Below, one piece after another: positions 19,400 to 26,713 of a DNA stretch of 32,000 nucleotides (its first letter is position 1; every line of letters begins with the position of its first letter). The notes under the pieces are model-generated. The model ran no database searches and was not told the DNA's origin. It saw nothing but the letters and a program-made list of their open reading frames with translations. The stretch is taken from NCBI RefSeq assembly GCF_000283555.1, contig NC_016012.1, positions 720,001-752,000 on the forward strand, written 5' to 3'. The DNA is from Candidatus Arthromitus sp. SFB-rat-Yit (lineage in GTDB: Bacteria; Bacillota; Clostridia; Clostridiales; Clostridiaceae). Position numbers and translations under genes: made by a program.

Positions 19400-19575
19400 C
19401 TCATGAAATTTACAAACTTTAGTTTAAGTTTAGATTTATTAAAATTTCGTTTATTTCCTAAGAATACTTTACCATGTATAGCAAAAAATTTAAATACTTT
19501 ATTAAAAAATAATTTATAATTTATTAACAATATGCTATTATAATCATAAAAATTAATTATTATAGGAGTTAAAGA

Positions 19576-19950
19576 ATGAATAAAAATAAACTTTTAATTA
19601 AGTTTACATCAGTTGCTTTGCTATCATCTGTTATTTCTTTAGGATTCATCGGACAGATATCTAGTGCAATGTTACGACTTCCTATGAAATTAACTAGTGG
19701 AGGGCTTTTAGGTTTATTAAAAAAGCCATTTACCTCAAGTGCTTCATCATCACCATTTGTAAGAGGTGGATATGGTAGAAATCCTGTTCGATATACAACT
19801 GAAACGGATTCAGGATATTCATTTGATAGAGGCGGTTTTGGGAGAGTAGCTGTAAGATTCCCTGATAGTAGTAGACAGAACTTACCAAAATTCAATAGGC
19901 ATAGACAATATGGTGGGGGTAATTTCCAAGTAGGTAGGGCTAATAGTTAA
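19576..19950 (+). CDS. Small secreted cationic Gly/Arg-rich protein (paralogue A), unknown family
   Basis: RBS AGGAG sits 7 nt before the ATG. Sec signal MNKNKLLIKFTSVALLSSVISLGFIGQISSA. The mature part carries RGGYGR / RGGFGR / GGGNFQVGR repeats. The N-terminus is paralogous to the next gene. Preferred over the antisense ORF 19569-19895. Confidence 0.65.
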   Translation: MNKNKLLIKFTSVALLSSVISLGFIGQISSAMLRLPMKLTSGGLLGLLKKPFTSSASSSPFVRGGYGRNPVRYTTETDSGYSFDRGGFGRVAVRFPDSSRQNLPKFNRHRQYGGGNFQVGRANS

Positions 19951-19996
19951 TTTGACATATATTATATTTTGTAATTTTTAATAAGAGGTATTAATA

Positions 19997-20311
19997 ATGA
20001 ATAAAACTAAACGTTCAATTGTTTGTAAATCAGTTGCAGCTTTGTCATTGGCTTTCACGTGTTTAGGGTTTTATACTAAAGAATCTAATGCGATAAGATT
20101 TCCAAAATTATCACCATTAAAATTACCAACTAATCTTCCAGATGTTACATTAGGACCAATATGTGGTAAAACTAGTAAAGGTTCAAATCAATTACCTGGG
20201 GGAAGGGATTCTATAGTTTTAAAATCTTTTGGAGGAGGTCAAACTCAGAGTAGTAGTCAAAATGGACCTGCAGATCCAAATCTTGGACTTTTCAGACTCG
20301 TTTGTCGCTAA
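19997..20311 (+). CDS. Small secreted cationic Gly/Pro-rich protein (paralogue B), two Cys, unknown family
   Basis: RBS AAGAGG. Signal MNKTKRSIVCKSVAALSLAFTCLGFYTKESNA. The mature N-terminus IRFPKLSPLKL parallels MLRLPMKLTS of paralogue A. Confidence 0.65.
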   Translation: MNKTKRSIVCKSVAALSLAFTCLGFYTKESNAIRFPKLSPLKLPTNLPDVTLGPICGKTSKGSNQLPGGRDSIVLKSFGGGQTQSSSQNGPADPNLGLFRLVCR

Positions 20312-20346
20312 ATTTCAGCTTAACAATTATAAACTTTAAATGTGTG

Positions 20347-20384
20347 CGGTGTAATTACCTTTTCAGGATATTACGCCGTTTTTT
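20347..20384 (+). terminator. Rho-independent terminator after the small-protein gene pair
   Basis: CGGTGTAAT / ATTACGCCG stem (one G-U pair), 14-nt loop, followed by T6. Confidence 0.55.
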
Positions 20385-20386
20385 AT

Positions 20387-20430
20387 TAATAAAATTATTA
20401 TTTAATTTTAAAATATTGATATAATACATA
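20387..20430 (+). repeat. Direct repeat copy A (44 bp, contains the extended -10 TGATATAAT)
   Basis: taataaaattattatttaattttaaaatattgatataatacata is 42/44 identical to 22643-22686. Confidence 0.85.
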
Positions 20431-20477
20431 TAGGTAGGGCTAGAAGTTAGTTTAAAAAAATAATATAGAATTCTCAA

Positions 20478-20526
20478 AACAGTGTTTCGTTATTTTCATA
20501 TAAGGGAAATAACAACACTGTTTTTT
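20478..20526 (+). terminator. Strong terminator hairpin with no gene in front of it
   Basis: AACAGTGTT(tc)GTTATTT - 11-nt loop - AAATAACAACACTGTT, followed by a T-run (20521-20526). Confidence 0.6.
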
Positions 20527-20560
20527 GCTGTTTTTACTCTTTATGAGAAATTTATTGATT

Positions 20561-20610
20561 TATAACTGTTATATGTGTTATGCTGTTATTGTAGATTATA
20601 TAACAGTGTA
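20561..20610 (+). promoter_or_regulatory. Candidate operator/promoter region of the YtrA-type operon
   Basis: Perfect palindrome TATAAC-T-GTTATA at 20561-20573 and a related half-palindrome TATATAACAGTGTA at 20597-20610, just upstream of the RBS. Confidence 0.3.
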
Positions 20611-20629
20611 ATCAGTTAGGAGGGTGATC

Positions 20630-21004
20630 GTGAAACTTATTATTTCAAATGTATCGGGTATTCCAATATATGAGCAAATTAAGCAACAAATCAAATCTGC
20701 AATTATGTCTGGTGATCTACAGAAAGGTGAAACACTTCCTTCATTACGTACCCTTGCTAAAGAATTAAAAATTAGTGTTTTAACTGTAACAAGAGCATAT
20801 ACAGAATTGGAACAAGAAGGTTTTGTAAAAAATATTCAGGGGCGAGGTTGTTTTGTTTTAGATCAGGGATCCGAACTTTTAAAGGAACAGTTGATTTGTA
20901 AAATAGAGAATAATTTATTGGAGGCAATAAATACGGCCCGCGTTGCAAATATTTCCAAAGAAGATTTACATAACCTTCTAAATATTTTAATGGAGGAAAA
21001 ATAG
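20630..21004 (+). CDS. GntR-family transcriptional regulator, YtrA subfamily
   Basis: Winged-HTH LPSLRTLAKELKISVLTVTRAYTELEQEGFV with the short C-terminal domain typical of YtrA (about 125 aa). The start is set at GTG 20630, 6 nt after AGGAGG; the track start is 20624. Confidence 0.85.
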   Translation: MKLIISNVSGIPIYEQIKQQIKSAIMSGDLQKGETLPSLRTLAKELKISVLTVTRAYTELEQEGFVKNIQGRGCFVLDQGSELLKEQLICKIENNLLEAINTARVANISKEDLHNLLNILMEEK

Positions 21005-21865
21005 ATGGAGAATTGCTTAGAGGTAAAAAATCTATCAAAGTCTTTCAAAAATTTTCAATTAAATGATATTACTTTTACACTTCCAAAAGGCTATATTATG
21101 GGATTAATTGGTCCGAATGGATCTGGGAAAACAACTATAATAAAGCTCATATTAAATATGTTAAAACGTTCAGATGGTGAGGTTAAAATTTTAGGACTTG
21201 ATAATATTAAAAATGAAAAAGAAACAAAAATGAATTTGGGTGTTGTTTGTGATTCAAATTATTTTAGTGATGAGTGGAAAGTGTCACAGATTGAAAAGTC
21301 CGTATCGTTATTTTATAAAAATTGGGATACACAAAAATTTTCAAATATGTTGAAGAAATTTAATATTATCACTTCTAAAAAAATAAAAGAGCTTTCTAAG
21401 GGAATGCAGATGAAACTTATGCTCGCATATGCTTTTTCATATAATGCAAAACTATTGATATTAGATGAACCTACCAGTGGTCTTGATCCTGTTTCAAGAG
21501 ATGAACTCCTTGATATCCTATTAGAATATATTGAGGATGGCGAACACAGCGTTCTATTCTCTACTCATATTACTGAGGATTTAGAGCGTATTGCTGATTA
21601 TATTACTTATATTAAACATGGAGAATTATTTTTTAGTGGTGGTAAAAATGAGTTTGTAGATATGTTTCGAGTAGTCAAAGGAGGAAATGAGGAATTGTCT
21701 ATGAATTTAAAGAGAAAAATTGTTAATATTAGGAATTTTTCGACTGGCTTTGAAGCTCTTATTAAAACAGAAAATTTAAAAGACTTTGAGCATTTAAATA
21801 TTGAGAAAGCAACTATTTATGATATTGTTGTATTTACGAGTAATAGAGGTGAACATCATGAGTAA
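21005..21865 (+). CDS. ABC transporter ATP-binding protein
   Basis: Walker A GPNGSGKTT, signature LSKGMQMKL, Walker B LLILDEPTSGLD, H-loop FSTH. Confidence 0.9.
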   Translation: MENCLEVKNLSKSFKNFQLNDITFTLPKGYIMGLIGPNGSGKTTIIKLILNMLKRSDGEVKILGLDNIKNEKETKMNLGVVCDSNYFSDEWKVSQIEKSVSLFYKNWDTQKFSNMLKKFNIITSKKIKELSKGMQMKLMLAYAFSYNAKLLILDEPTSGLDPVSRDELLDILLEYIEDGEHSVLFSTHITEDLERIADYITYIKHGELFFSGGKNEFVDMFRVVKGGNEELSMNLKRKIVNIRNFSTGFEALIKTENLKDFEHLNIEKATIYDIVVFTSNRGEHHE

Positions 21866-22502
21866 TATTTTGAAATTATCAAAGTTGGATTTTGATCTAG
21901 TAAAACCTTACTTGAAATCACTATATTTAAAAATGATAATACCTATTTTTTTTGTAGCTATCTCTCAATCACTAACGGCAGGGATTTCATTTGCGATGTT
22001 TTTGGTTGTTACAACAATAACATCATATATTTTCTCCGTTACAGAAAAGAATTCTATGGAACGATTTTATAGTGTTTTACCAATCAAAAAAAGTGAGGAA
22101 GTTATTGGACGATATATTTTTGTTATAATATCAGGTTTAGTTTCATTAATATTTTATTTGATTTTCCAATATGGCGTATTAGTAATTTTAAATAAGTCTA
22201 TTAGTATTTATGAGATTATATTTTCTGGTTTTATAGGTATTGTTCTTTTTACTTTTTCTGCAGTTTTTCAACTTCCTGGGTATTATAAATTTGGATTTAT
22301 CAAAGGTAAAGTATTTATGTATATACCTCTGTTATTATTTTTCATAACAAATTTTTCCTCTATTAATTTAACTAAATTATTTCAGGTTATTGGATATAAT
22401 TCACCTATTCTATTAATATCATCGCTTATAATCTTTGTAGTTATAGCTTGGATTATTTCTATTTTGATATCTATTAATATATTAAAAAATAGAGAAATGT
22501 AG
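21858..22502 (+). CDS. ABC-2-type integral membrane protein (partner of the YtrA-associated ATPase)
   Basis: Hydrophobic protein of about 6 TM segments. ATG 21858 overlaps the ATPase stop (ATGAGTAA) and follows AGAGGTGA. The track start at 21801 is an upstream extension. Confidence 0.7.
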   Translation: MSNILKLSKLDFDLVKPYLKSLYLKMIIPIFFVAISQSLTAGISFAMFLVVTTITSYIFSVTEKNSMERFYSVLPIKKSEEVIGRYIFVIISGLVSLIFYLIFQYGVLVILNKSISIYEIIFSGFIGIVLFTFSAVFQLPGYYKFGFIKGKVFMYIPLLLFFITNFSSINLTKLFQVIGYNSPILLISSLIIFVVIAWIISILISINILKNREM

Positions 22503-22578
22503 TGTAAAACTTATTATAAATAGTATTTTAGGTGATAAAATGTAAAATTAACAGGAGTAAATAAGCTTAAAATATGTG

Positions 22579-22618
22579 CAGTATAACTATTCTGTTATAG
22601 AATGTTATACTGTTTTTT
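22579..22618 (+). terminator. Rho-independent terminator of the GntR-ABC operon
   Basis: CAGTATAAC...GTTATACTG outer stem with inner ATTCT/AGAAT pairing, followed by T6. Confidence 0.65.
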
Positions 22619-22642
22619 ATATCTATTTAAAACGTTAAAAAC

Positions 22643-22686
22643 TAATAAAATAATTATTTAATCTTAAAATATTGATATAATACATA
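22643..22686 (+). repeat. Direct repeat copy B (44 bp, TGATATAAT at 22673-22681; probable aminotransferase promoter)
   Basis: taataaaataattatttaatcttaaaatattgatataatacata is 42/44 identical to 20387-20430. Confidence 0.85.
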
Positions 22687-22718
22687 ATAAAATGTTTTAA
22701 TAATTTTTATTAAATGAG

Positions 22719-23927
22719 TTGGGATGTGATTGTTTGTTAATCTCAAATAGAATAAGAAATACAAAAATGTCAGCGATTAGAAAGTTAACACCTTTCGCTA
22801 AAGAAGCTAAACAAAAAGGATTAAAAGTTTATCATATGAATATAGGTCAGCCTGATATTGATACACCTGAAGAATATTTTGAGGGACTTAAAAATTATCA
22901 TAAAAAAGTATTGGGATATGAACCTTCAGAAGGAATTGATGAATTAAGATCTGCTTTTTCAAATTTTCTTGGAAAAAATAACATAGATTATTCACCCGAA
23001 GAAATTTATGTAACAAATGGTGGGAGTGAAGGTTTATTATTTTCATTTCTCATGATATGTGATGAGGGGGATGAAATTCTTGTACCCGAACCATATTATA
23101 GCAATTACAACACAATCGCAAATTCTTGCGGTGTAAAATTGGTATCTTTCGAAACCTTTATAGAAGATGGATTTCATATAAAGAGCAAAGAATCTATAGA
23201 AAAAGTAATTACATCTAAGACAAAAGCAATTTTATATTCAAATCCATCAAATCCAACTGGAGTTGTTTATTCAATAAAAGAACTTCAAATGATTGCGGAT
23301 GTTGCACATGAAAACAATTTATATATCATATCAGATGAGGTTTATCGTGAACTTGTGTATGATGGTATAAAATATGAATCTATATTCTCTATCGAAAAAA
23401 TAAGGGAACATTTAATATTAATAGATAGTCTATCTAAAAGATATAGCGTTTGTGGTTCAAGAGTTGGAATGATAGCAACCAAAAATAAAAATTTAAGAGA
23501 AGAAATTGTTAAACTTTGTCAATCACGTTTAAGTACATCATCTGTTGAACAATATTCGGCATTAAATCTTTTGAAAATTCCTACATCTTATATTGAAAAC
23601 ATAAGGGATATATATCAAGAAAGAAGAGATGTCGTTTGCGGAATTTTAGGAAAGATAGATGGAGTTAAGATATATAAACCTGAAGGAGCATTTTATTTAA
23701 TAGCCTCATTACCTGTTGATGATGCTGAAGATTTTTGTAAATGGTTATTAACTGATTTCAACATAAACAATGAAACAGTTATGTTCGCTCCAGCTGAAGG
23801 GTTTTATATGAATAATGAGGTGGGAAAATCTCAAATAAGATTATCTTATTGTATATCAGTTAAGGATTTAGAAAAGGCACTTCATATTTTAAAAGAGGGG
23901 CTAAGGTCTTATAATAACAAAAATTAA
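22719..23927 (+). CDS. Class I/II pyridoxal-phosphate aminotransferase (aspartate aminotransferase-like)
   Basis: NIGQPD, SNPSNPTG, and SLSKRYSVCGSRVG (PLP lysine). The start is uncertain: TTG 22719, TTG 22734 or ATG 22767. The conserved SNRI....SAIRK argues for one of the first two. Confidence 0.85.
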   Translation: MGCDCLLISNRIRNTKMSAIRKLTPFAKEAKQKGLKVYHMNIGQPDIDTPEEYFEGLKNYHKKVLGYEPSEGIDELRSAFSNFLGKNNIDYSPEEIYVTNGGSEGLLFSFLMICDEGDEILVPEPYYSNYNTIANSCGVKLVSFETFIEDGFHIKSKESIEKVITSKTKAILYSNPSNPTGVVYSIKELQMIADVAHENNLYIISDEVYRELVYDGIKYESIFSIEKIREHLILIDSLSKRYSVCGSRVGMIATKNKNLREEIVKLCQSRLSTSSVEQYSALNLLKIPTSYIENIRDIYQERRDVVCGILGKIDGVKIYKPEGAFYLIASLPVDDAEDFCKWLLTDFNINNETVMFAPAEGFYMNNEVGKSQIRLSYCISVKDLEKALHILKEGLRSYNNKN

Positions 23928-23952
23928 AGGAGAGCAAATTATGCTCTCCTTT
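23926..23952. terminator. Bidirectional terminator between the convergent aminotransferase and uracil permease genes
   Basis: AAAGGAGAGCA-aatta-TGCTCTCCTTT, a perfect 11-bp stem. Confidence 0.7.
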
Positions 23953-23953
23953 A

Positions 23954-25162
23954 TTATTTTAAACTTTTAAATTCTTTGTGGTTTAGTATTCTATTTAATA
24001 TCAATCCAACAATGGCTGCAAGACTTAATCCTGTTATAGACACATTTGGAGTTATAGGGATACCGATTGATATTCCTTTATTAGATAAATAACTTGTACC
24101 TATTCCTATTAAAATAATTGCTATTATTACAATTAGATTTTTTATACTTTTAAAAGATTTGCTATCTCTTATCGTTCTTATTCCTATATAGCTTATCATC
24201 GAAAATAACATTATACTTATTCCACCCATAACTGCCGATGGAATACTTTGAAGGAATCCACCGAATACTCCAATAAATGAAAGAAGTATTGCGTATATAG
24301 CTGTATATCTTAACAAAGAAGGATTATAGTTTTTTGTGATTGCAAGGACTGCAGTGTTTTCACCATATGTTGTGTTTGCAGGTCCTCCTATAAATCCTGA
24401 TACTACTGTAGCAAGCCCATCTCCAAGAAGAGTTTTATTTAATCCAGGATCTTCTATAAAATTCTTTCCTACAACTGTTCCATTAGTTGTCATATCTCCA
24501 ACGTGTTCCATAAATACAGCTATAACTATTGGAGCTATTATTATTGTTGCCTCAAGGCTAAACTTTGGTAGTGTAAAGTTTGGAATTTGAAATAAACTAG
24601 CGTTTGTTATTGAGCTTATATCCACTCCACCAGAAATTAAACTTAGTAAATATCCAAAACCAACAGCTATTAAAATTCCTAATTGCTTTAAAAATCCTTT
24701 CCCAAATACATTTATTAATATCGATGTAACTAGTGTTATTAGTGCTATTACTACATTTTCAACTGCCATATTAAGAGCACTAGGTATCAAATTAAGACCT
24801 ATGACAGCAATCATAGCACCTGTTACTTGAGGGGGAAAATATTTTTTAATCTTATCGATACCGATAAATTTGATTACGAAAGAAAGAAGAACATATATAA
24901 GACCTGCAACAATGATACCACCTTGTGCAAAAGCTTTATCACCGTTTGAAATTTGATTTGCTGATATAACAACTGGTATGAATGCAAAACTAGATCCCAA
25001 AAATACTGGAACTTTACCTTTTGTACAAAGATGAAAGATTAAAGTACCAAGACCTGCACAAAATATTGCGACAGACGGATCAAATCCAGTAAGTATTGGA
25101 ACCAGTACTGTTGCACCAAACATTGCTAAAAGGTGTTGAATTGATAAAATAAAATTTTTCAT
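23954..25162 (-). CDS. pyrP: Uracil permease (NCS2 family)
   Basis: 12-TM-type protein with NCS2 motifs (FGATVLVPILTG, YGENTAVLAITKNYNP). It lies immediately downstream of pyrR, as in Bacillus. Confidence 0.88.
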   Translation of the reverse strand: MKNFILSIQHLLAMFGATVLVPILTGFDPSVAIFCAGLGTLIFHLCTKGKVPVFLGSSFAFIPVVISANQISNGDKAFAQGGIIVAGLIYVLLSFVIKFIGIDKIKKYFPPQVTGAMIAVIGLNLIPSALNMAVENVVIALITLVTSILINVFGKGFLKQLGILIAVGFGYLLSLISGGVDISSITNASLFQIPNFTLPKFSLEATIIIAPIVIAVFMEHVGDMTTNGTVVGKNFIEDPGLNKTLLGDGLATVVSGFIGGPANTTYGENTAVLAITKNYNPSLLRYTAIYAILLSFIGVFGGFLQSIPSAVMGGISIMLFSMISYIGIRTIRDSKSFKSIKNLIVIIAIILIGIGTSYLSNKGISIGIPITPNVSITGLSLAAIVGLILNRILNHKEFKSLK

Positions 25163-25236
25163 AAAAAACCTCCTGAATAATTAGGAGAACATGTCTCCTT
25201 TTCTAGCATCTCTGTGCTAATTTAAAAGGGATTAAT
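25163..25236 (-). promoter_or_regulatory. Putative PyrR-dependent attenuator between pyrR and pyrP
   Basis: The minus strand reads ..UUAGCACAGAGAUGCUAG.. (stem AGCA/UGCU, loop CAGAGA, resembling the CCAGAGAGG PyrR box). It is followed by the hairpin AGGAGA-catgt-TCTCCT and AAUUAUU, then the RBS GGAGG. Confidence 0.4.
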
Positions 25237-25767
25237 TTATTTTTTAGTTATAGTCACTGAATCTTCTACATCATCAATTTCTTTTAAATTAACGTGTATG
25301 ATTTCATCTTTTGATGTTGGAATATTTTTACCAACATAATCGGGGCGTATTGGAAGCTCTCTATGCCCCCTATCAATCAAAACAGCTAGTTGTATAGATT
25401 TAGGTCTATCAATATCTATTATTGCATCCAACGCACTTCTGATTGTCCTTCCTGTGTATAAAACATCATCAATTAAAATAATAATCTTATTTTTTATATC
25501 AAAATCTATTTTTGAATTATTTATAGTTGGCTCTTCTGAAATTTTTTGGAGATCATCTCTATAAAGACTTATATCAAGTTCACCAATATTCAAAACTTTA
25601 TTTTCAAAATTTTTAATTTGTTGAGCTATCCTTTTAGCGAGATAAATCCCTCTAGTTTTAATACCAATAAGTACAATGTTATCAATTCCTTTATTTTTTT
25701 CGATGATTTCATGACTTATTCTTGTTATAGATCTCTCTATAGATTTTTCATCAAGCAACTTTTTCAT
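25237..25767 (-). CDS. pyrR: Bifunctional pyrimidine operon regulator / uracil phosphoribosyltransferase PyrR
   Basis: 176 aa with PRPP-binding loop [21 protein letters not shown] and an N-terminal [22 protein letters not shown] typical of PyrR. Confidence 0.92.
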   Translation of the reverse strand: MKKLLDEKSIERSITRISHEIIEKNKGIDNIVLIGIKTRGIYLAKRIAQQIKNFENKVLNIGELDISLYRDDLQKISEEPTINNSKIDFDIKNKIIILIDDVLYTGRTIRSALDAIIDIDRPKSIQLAVLIDRGHRELPIRPDYVGKNIPTSKDEIIHVNLKEIDDVEDSVTITKK

Positions 25768-25795
25768 AAATTAAATACCTCCACTCTTAACATAA

Positions 25796-25828
25796 AAAAG
25801 TTCCCTACCACAAGGATAGAGAACTTTT
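25796..25828 (-). terminator. Leader terminator (attenuator) about 30 nt upstream of pyrR
   Basis: The minus strand reads AAAAGUUCUC - 13-nt loop - GGGAACUUUU followed by UU. It lies downstream of the extended -10 TGTTATAAT (25947-25955, minus strand). An alternative pairing partner GAGAUUACUUUU occurs earlier in the leader. Confidence 0.5.
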
Positions 25829-25960
25829 ATAGATAAAATGGAAGTTATACAAAATAACGTCTAAATATAAAATAACTTTTTGTAGTATTAAAAAGTAATC
25901 TCGATCCTTATGATATCACTGTATCATTTAAAAAACCTCAATTAATATTATAACATTAAT

Positions 25961-26698
25961 TTAAAAATTTTCAATAATATTTTTACGTTTTATCTGTATA
26001 AAATTTTTGAATTTTTGAACATCTGTATTAATTATAAGCTCATGAGGAAAATCAACTTCTTTAATTAAATTGAATGCAAGTTCATTTTCTCCAACTTGTG
26101 TACAAAAATGAGAGTCACTCCCTATTGTTATGAATGCTCCTACATTTTTACATATTTTCAAAATCTCTTTAAGATTTTCATAAACATTTGCCCTACTGCT
26201 AGTTGGTTTCAAAGAAGAATTATTTACTTCTATTAAAGTATTTGTGTCTTTTGCTTTTTTAACAACTGCTTCGAAATCAATTGGAACATTTCCATTTTCA
26301 GGATGACCGATTATGTTTACATATGGATTATCCATAACTTTAAGAAAAGCATTCGTATTTTTTTCGACTGTACTCACGCTTAAACAAATACTGTGAAAAC
26401 TTGCAATACAAACATCTAATTTACGCAATATGTTTACAGGAAGATCAACGCTTCCATCGTAATCTATAATGTTTAATTCTACTCCCATAAAAATCTCAAC
26501 ACCATGAATAAATTTATCAATTATTTTAAAATTTTTAAAATATATTTCATGAGCAGAGCCGGGCATATTCGGAGCATGATCTGTAATACACAGAAGTTTT
26601 AATCCTTTTTTGCTTGCATAAAATGCCATTTCGCTTAATGTTGAATACGCATGACCGCTAGCGATTGTATGAGAATGAGTGTCTATTAAAAGTTTCAT
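25961..26698 (-). CDS. PHP-domain phosphatase (YcdX-like)
   Basis: MKLLIDTHSHTIASGHAYSTLSEM matches the YcdX N-terminus; further His/Asp metal ligands (ITDH, ASFH, GHPE, GSDSH). Start at ATG 26698, after GGAG. Confidence 0.75.
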   Translation of the reverse strand: MKLLIDTHSHTIASGHAYSTLSEMAFYASKKGLKLLCITDHAPNMPGSAHEIYFKNFKIIDKFIHGVEIFMGVELNIIDYDGSVDLPVNILRKLDVCIASFHSICLSVSTVEKNTNAFLKVMDNPYVNIIGHPENGNVPIDFEAVVKKAKDTNTLIEVNNSSLKPTSSRANVYENLKEILKICKNVGAFITIGSDSHFCTQVGENELAFNLIKEVDFPHELIINTDVQKFKNFIQIKRKNIIENF

Positions 26699-26713
26699 AT
26701 TTAACTCCATTCT

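Noticed and set aside
19569-19895. 108-aa minus-strand ORF overlapping small-protein gene A
   Set aside because: The plus-strand ORF has a canonical RBS, a Sec signal peptide and a paralogue next door. The minus-strand ORF has none of these.
20541-20609. 22-codon ORF (MRNLLIYNCYMCYAVIVDYITV) in the GntR upstream region
   Set aside because: It has no RBS and overlaps the palindromic operator candidates. It is most likely non-coding.
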